Part shown: positions 59,086 to 64,000 of the stretch, piece after piece
Numbering within the stretch: position 1 is the first letter of the stretch
How the letters are laid out: every line of letters starts with the position of its first letter
Virus record (IMG/VR): IMGVR_UViG_3300028591_000189
Span: 7,880 to 71,879 of that record
Reading direction: 5' to 3' (one strand)
DNA: 64,000 nucleotides
Source of the DNA: a virus
Taxonomy: Duplodnaviria; Caudoviricetes
Made by a program: the position numbers and the translations under genes
The notes under the pieces: generated by a model
Told to the model about the DNA's origin: nothing
What the model saw: only the letters and a program-made list of their open reading frames with translations
The model's database searches: none

Positions 59086-60267
59086 TTATTCTGCTTTTTT
59101 GTAAACGGTATCATCCCCCAGGCTCAATGCCCAAACTTTTGTATCATAGACACATCTGCGGGGCTTCCTGGTTATAGCACGCGCGTCGCCGCACTTCGTT
59201 GTTACCTTGTCCGCGGTGATCTTTGTGACGGTAAACTCCTTCTTTTCGTAGTTGTCGCCGGTCCATACTTTAGCGGTGAAAACGTCGCCAACCTTAAAAG
59301 GGTGCTGCGGCTCCTGGTCCTCAATCTTTACCGCATTAACGATCTTGACGATCTCGGCATAAGAGGCTTTAAGCCGGAACCCGTTGCCGGCGTCGTATAC
59401 AAAGTTTTTCGGGCCGGTGCTCAATACGGTAACAACGCCTTTCCAGTGCTTGTTAAGCTCTACCACATAACCGGGTTTGATATTGTCGCGGTTAAATACC
59501 ACTTCGCCGCGCATTTCCCTGTAATATGTGTACTTGCTCATAGCCTGGTCAATGATCTCCCCGGCGTCCTCAATCCATTTGTTTACTTCTTCGGCGCTGT
59601 ATTCGTTGCCGCCGTACCCCTTCGGAGCTTTCCCGGCGTCAATGGCCTCCAGGATTTTGTTATAATGCTCCAGGTTTTTTTGCTGTGCTCTGATTGTTTT
59701 CTCGGCCTCGTCCATGCGGCGCTGGCAGAAGTCCGGGGTTTCCTTTTTAACTGCGTTCCTTGCAGCCTCCGCCCGGTCTGCATAATAACCAGCCTTCCAG
59801 AACTCATCAAAGCCCTTTTCCCATGCGGCCCACATCCGCTCCCGCTGACGGGTAAACGCGCGGCCCGCGCTTGTGTTGATATTCGGCTGTGTAAAGAAGG
59901 CAATATCGCCGTGCATAGAATCAATGGGGGCTTGGAGGCGCTTGCCTTCATTCTCGGCCTTCTCTGCTTTTGCTTCGTAGCGTTCCGCGCGGGCTTCGGC
60001 TCTCTCGGCCTTGCGTTCCATCTGTTCTGCAAATGTCAATGTCTCGCCAACCTTGCCCGCGTTTTCAAGGCCCAGGGCCTTGGCGATCTGTTCAGCCCTG
60101 TAAAGGTTCGGGAACTTTGCACGGCTTACCCATGCGCCGGCATAGCGGGAGAACAAAAAATTGCTTTTGATCTGCTGCTTGTCTGCATCCGGTAAGCTCA
60201 TATAATCGGCCTTATCAAAGTGCATTTCAAGTTTCTGTGTCTCCTTGTTAATGATGTAATAACTCAT
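59086..60267 (-). CDS. DUF3560-like (polyvalent-protein-associated) protein
   Basis: TLTFAEQMERKAERAEARAERY...QP...GRAF.RQR...YY..RAE. Confidence 0.6.
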   Translation of the reverse strand: MSYYIINKETQKLEMHFDKADYMSLPDADKQQIKSNFLFSRYAGAWVSRAKFPNLYRAEQIAKALGLENAGKVGETLTFAEQMERKAERAEARAERYEAKAEKAENEGKRLQAPIDSMHGDIAFFTQPNINTSAGRAFTRQRERMWAAWEKGFDEFWKAGYYADRAEAARNAVKKETPDFCQRRMDEAEKTIRAQQKNLEHYNKILEAIDAGKAPKGYGGNEYSAEEVNKWIEDAGEIIDQAMSKYTYYREMRGEVVFNRDNIKPGYVVELNKHWKGVVTVLSTGPKNFVYDAGNGFRLKASYAEIVKIVNAVKIEDQEPQHPFKVGDVFTAKVWTGDNYEKKEFTVTKITADKVTTKCGDARAITRKPRRCVYDTKVWALSLGDDTVYKKAE

Positions 60268-60378
60268 TGTAAAACCTCCTTGTGTTTTTGGGTTTTTGTT
60301 CCGGGCCTAATCAATAGGCGATTGCGGGCGCTGATTCTGAATCATGCCCGGCCATAATGCCGGGGGCGCTCGCTTATA

Positions 60379-60834
60379 TTAGTTTTCTGCGGTCAACCGG
60401 TCAATGATGCGTCTATAGTGCTCCGCGATCACGCGGTTCCTTTTTGCCTCGTCGCAATCGGCGCCAAAATTATATATTGCGCGTTCTTCCCAATATTCGG
60501 CGCTCTCCTTCTGTTCTTTGAAGTGCTCAACCATACCAGCAACCGGAACCCCGTGCACAATCTCAATTTTTGCATGTGCTGAGTTGTGCTCGCGGGCGCG
60601 GATGTTTTTGTCATGGTCATTTGTGCACGCCCACAAGGGCCAAAATGCGCAACTTCTTGTTTTGCACATGGCCCCGTTGCGGTTTAATCCCTTTAAGCTG
60701 CAATCGGAACCGGACCAGGACGGATCACCGGGGGCATGGGCGATAAAATAAAGTCCGTTGTCGTGCTTGAAATAGGCGCCGCTGACCTTTACAACGTCGC
60801 CGGCCTTCAATTCAATGCCGTTAACATCTAACAT
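60379..60834 (-). CDS. Hypothetical early protein
   Basis: SD aaggaggt; D.NG.ELK.GDVV.V motif. Confidence 0.65.
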   Translation of the reverse strand: MLDVNGIELKAGDVVKVSGAYFKHDNGLYFIAHAPGDPSWSGSDCSLKGLNRNGAMCKTRSCAFWPLWACTNDHDKNIRAREHNSAHAKIEIVHGVPVAGMVEHFKEQKESAEYWEERAIYNFGADCDEAKRNRVIAEHYRRIIDRLTAEN

Positions 60835-61465
60835 TTTTGTTTACCTCCTTATATTGGCTTTTAATGCTTTTTAAAACCCCGGCGCTATTGTCCGGAGCTT
60901 TAAAAGGAATTAAAAAGGGGCCACAAATCTGCGGCCCCTGGTCAATATCATGCGTTCATGCGTTCATAAAAAGATCGTTTTTTAACTCCATAAGCGGCGG
61001 CGGCTTCGGTTAGTGGTACTTCGTCAACCTTCGGTCCGTTCGGGGTGTTTTCGGCGGTCAGCACGAAGAAGGCGCCCGGCTGGTCAGTGTTGTCAATGAT
61101 ATATTGCATATGGTTTAAAAAGTCGTTTTCATTGTCAGCGGTTGACCATACTGTGATATTGTTTCCGCGCCGCGTGAAAATGCGGTAGAGTTTCATGCTT
61201 TACCACCTCCACAATTTAAACCTTCGTAAAAGTTGCGGCGGGCATTGTCCTTCATGGCTTCCACGATCAGCGCAACGGTGCAGGGCTCCCATACCTTTAA
61301 CTGTTTTCGGGCTTCCGTTTTTGTAAAGCCGAAATACCATGATAGCGCCTTTATGGCTTCGTTTTTTGTGTACATGTTTACCTCCTTTAAATTGCTTTTA
61401 ATAGGCTATAAGCGCCCAGGAACCGCGGGCGGGCTCCTGGACTATATAACACATTAAAAACTCAA

Positions 61466-61774
61466 TTAAGCGCGGGCGGGCTCTACTTGATCCGGGGTAA
61501 AAAGGCGGGCGGTAATGAAGCCATACTCGCGATCCGGAAGGATTGTCACTTCCTGGCCGTTTTCATCCGTTGTTTTGCGCTCTTCGTTATGCTTCCATAA
61601 CCTTGTAATGATTTTCGCGTGTTCACCTTTTTTCACGCGGTAGCCCTTTTTGTTCCATCTTTTAAGGGTGTAAAGCGGAAGCGCGCCGGTGGTAACAAGG
61701 TACTCCACGCACTGATCCTCGGTAAATACTTCGTTTGTAATTGCCTCAATTACTACGATTTGCAGATTAGTCAT
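61466..61774 (-). CDS. ArdC-like ssDNA-binding domain protein
   Basis: T.KRW.K.GYRVKKGEHA.I.T.LWK...F...LF..DQV. Confidence 0.65.
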   Translation of the reverse strand: MTNLQIVVIEAITNEVFTEDQCVEYLVTTGALPLYTLKRWNKKGYRVKKGEHAKIITRLWKHNEERKTTDENGQEVTILPDREYGFITARLFTPDQVEPARA

Positions 61775-62208
61775 ATTATTAACCTCCTTGTTATTTGTGG
61801 GCTTTATTGCTTTACTAACCACCGGCGCCGGGGCTCCGATAGCTAACAAGGGAATAAAGCAGGGGCCAGGATAAAACCCGGCCCCGCGTCAAAAGATCAC
61901 GAACTTCTCAAAGTGTGCAGAAAATAATCTCGCCGGTGTCCGCTGCTGTTACGTTTACAACTTCCGGATCAGTGAAAAGAAGTTGCAAAACATCGGTTGT
62001 GTATTCGGCGCGGGTTCCGTTCTTAAATTCTGCTATAATGGGGCGCCGGGTTGTCAATTTCAGTAAATAGTCGCGGTCAATGTACATATTAAAAACCTCC
62101 TTTTTATTACTTTACTAATAGCCAGGGCCGGAGCCGTGGCTATTAACAAGGAAATAAACCGGAGCCGGGGCAGGAACCATAAAAGGAACCCGCCCCGCGG
62201 TTAAAACG

Positions 62209-62622
62209 TCAGCAAAAAACACCGTCAAATGTGCGGGCGCCGTTCATAACCAGGTCGACCAGGCGCGCACGGTCAATAGTACCGGTCAACTTCTGCAAAA
62301 CAGAAAACAGTTTTTTGTTCTGCGGTTCGCCGGCGTTTTCTTTATAGTATCCGGAAGTGCTCTGCATGAATTTGCTTTCCGGATCTGTATTCCACTTCTG
62401 CACAACGGCGACGGGGATCTGTCTTCCGGTCTGTCTGTATTTGCACTCCGGATCATATTCTGCGTCATAACGAAGGGTGATTGTTACCAGGGTGTGATCG
62501 TCAATATTTACGGTGCACACAAGCTCCTTTTCGCTCCAAATAAGGGCGTGCTGAATGTCAAGCGTGAATCCGTTTTTGCATCCCGCGTTCCATTTCTTAA
62601 TCTGTTCACGTGTGAGTTTCAT
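62209..62622 (-). CDS. Hypothetical early protein
   Basis: SD aaggaggt; 137 aa. Confidence 0.65.
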   Translation of the reverse strand: MKLTREQIKKWNAGCKNGFTLDIQHALIWSEKELVCTVNIDDHTLVTITLRYDAEYDPECKYRQTGRQIPVAVVQKWNTDPESKFMQSTSGYYKENAGEPQNKKLFSVLQKLTGTIDRARLVDLVMNGARTFDGVFC

Positions 62623-63635
62623 GTGTTTAACCTCCTTGTATTTGTGGGTTTATTATTAACTCTGTAAAGCCCCGGAGCAGCGCCCCGAAACTTTAAACAG
62701 TCAATAATAAGCGGCCCCCGAAGGAGCCGCCCTAAATTCAATAAATAAAAGTTGCTGTATAGTGCCCGCGCGCTTCGGCGGTCAATCCGGCGCGGGTGGC
62801 ACGTTTCCGAAGGTCTTCAACGGCGTTCCATGTTTCAGTAGTGGGATACGGGCCGAAGTAGTCGTGTTTTATAACCAGCACGTCACGGTTATTAGTCAAT
62901 TTAGACTGTTTTACTTCGTACCCGGCGCGGATCAATGCGCGCTTTAAATTTTTAAGTGTCATTTTTTTAACCTCCATGATTATTTGATTTTAGTTAGCGC
63001 GCGTTAGCTTCTAACCAGCGCATGCCACTAATGAAAACCCGTTTCCGGGAGTTGCACCCGGAGCCATTGCCGGCTTCTATCATAACGGGGGTTTCGGCTT
63101 TTTTTCACACGGGGCCGGGGCCGCGGTTTTTTACGGTTTTATCATAACCGCCGCGCTTTATTTATCCGATAGTTGCGCGGTACTGTTCCGGCTAACGGTT
63201 TTTAGCTGACCGTTTGCATAACTGAAAAGTGGCCCGGAAAAATCCGGGGCAATTCATAGCCCGTTTTAAACCGTCACGGGATAGACATGTGAACGTTGCA
63301 TATCGGAGGAACGCGGGCCGCGTTCTAATCATTGAAAAGTGTTAGAACGGATCACTTTATATTTATTTGCAACGGCGTCATTGTTTACTCTTTTTTTGTG
63401 TGCTGGTCACGTTGCAACCCTTAATTCATTAGAAAAAACTCTTTATTGCACAACCCCCGTTTTATAGTGCCGGGGGCCACATATGAAATAAGAATACGTT
63501 TTACGGAATATTATTTTTGCATTAGTCTGATCCGAAGACTTTACACATTCCCGCGGCGCGTTCGCGTTACGGCTGGAGGGGCGGCTCCAGGGTCGCCGGG
63601 TCTGTTCTCCCGTTCCGATGTTTTATTGTAACTTT

Positions 63636-63664
63636 AGTATAATGCTAGCATCATACGTTGTAAA
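63636..63664 (-). promoter_or_regulatory. Candidate leftward early promoter
   Basis: TTTACA-17-TATACT on minus strand; ctagcatcata/tatgatgctag inverted repeat overlaps it. Confidence 0.55.
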
Positions 63665-64000
63665 TATGTAATGTTTAACAAAATATGATGCTAGTATACG
63701 GGCAAAAACTAGCAAAGTTGACGATAGCAAACGCTAACTGTAAACCGGAGTAGTAGAAAACGGCAAAAATTGACATATAAGCGGGGCGGGGGGTATTATG
63801 GTATTAAAGTGCGATAAACAAATAAAAACGCTTAAAAAGGGCAAAAATAGCGGTTACAGGGGCCGCGGGTGTAAACGGGGGCGGGCGTATGACACTATAC
63901 AAAGCGAATAAAACCCCTAAAATTAACCAGGAACGCGAAAAAAGGAAGGAGCACACAATAATGGAAAATAAAGGAAGGAAGGCAAGCACAGCAGCACACA

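Larger units (their letters stand above)
57406..62977 (-). other. Leftward early-gene cluster: short ORFs each with a strong aaggag(gt) SD, separated by long hairpins
   Basis: ORFs at 57406, 57688, 57992, 58232, 58570, 60948, 61193, 62738 plus those listed separately. Confidence 0.7.
1..64000. mobile_element. Temperate tailed phage/prophage (siphovirus-like), Firmicutes (Clostridia-type) host
   Basis: Portal, capsid, tail tube, 1151-aa tape measure, holins/endolysin, integrase-CI-Cro switch, RecT, RusA, SSB and initiator in canonical modular order; no host housekeeping genes seen. Confidence 0.97.

Noticed and set aside
1-64000. Canonical tRNA or rRNA genes
   Set aside because: Only isolated T-arm-like hairpins were found; no complete cloverleaf or rRNA-like segment was recognised by eye.

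Overview
The window is a ~64 kb stretch of a temperate, long-tailed (siphovirus-like) phage or prophage, most likely of a Clostridia/Lachnospiraceae-type host (inferred from gene families and SD/promoter style). Layout: dUTPase and a Com-like Zn finger; head-tail morphogenesis (1.35-15.8 kb) with a G/GT -1 frameshift; lysis (15.8-18.1 kb); an accessory block with two SGNH hydrolases, a frameshifted tyrosine recombinase and a second lysin (18.2-24.2 kb); integrase/CI/Cro (24.6-26.9 kb); GIY-YIG, RecT/RecE-like, MTase, RusA and initiator/loader genes (27-40.2 kb); many small ORFs (45.5-53.3 kb); and a leftward early region with a third tyrosine recombinase, FtsK and DUF3560/ArdC/DarA_C-like genes (53.4-63 kb). 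No terminase is recognisable in the window. The standout is 40.3-45.0 kb. Two divergent Cas7/RAMP-like genes are each preceded by a non-coding array with strict 5-nt periodicity, not a CRISPR array. Array A has four stem-flanked units of ANA-NN pentamers. Array B is ~1.95 kb of G-terminated pentamers. This looks like an RNA-guided system with a non-contiguous guide code. Family assignments come from motif recognition only; no database search was run.
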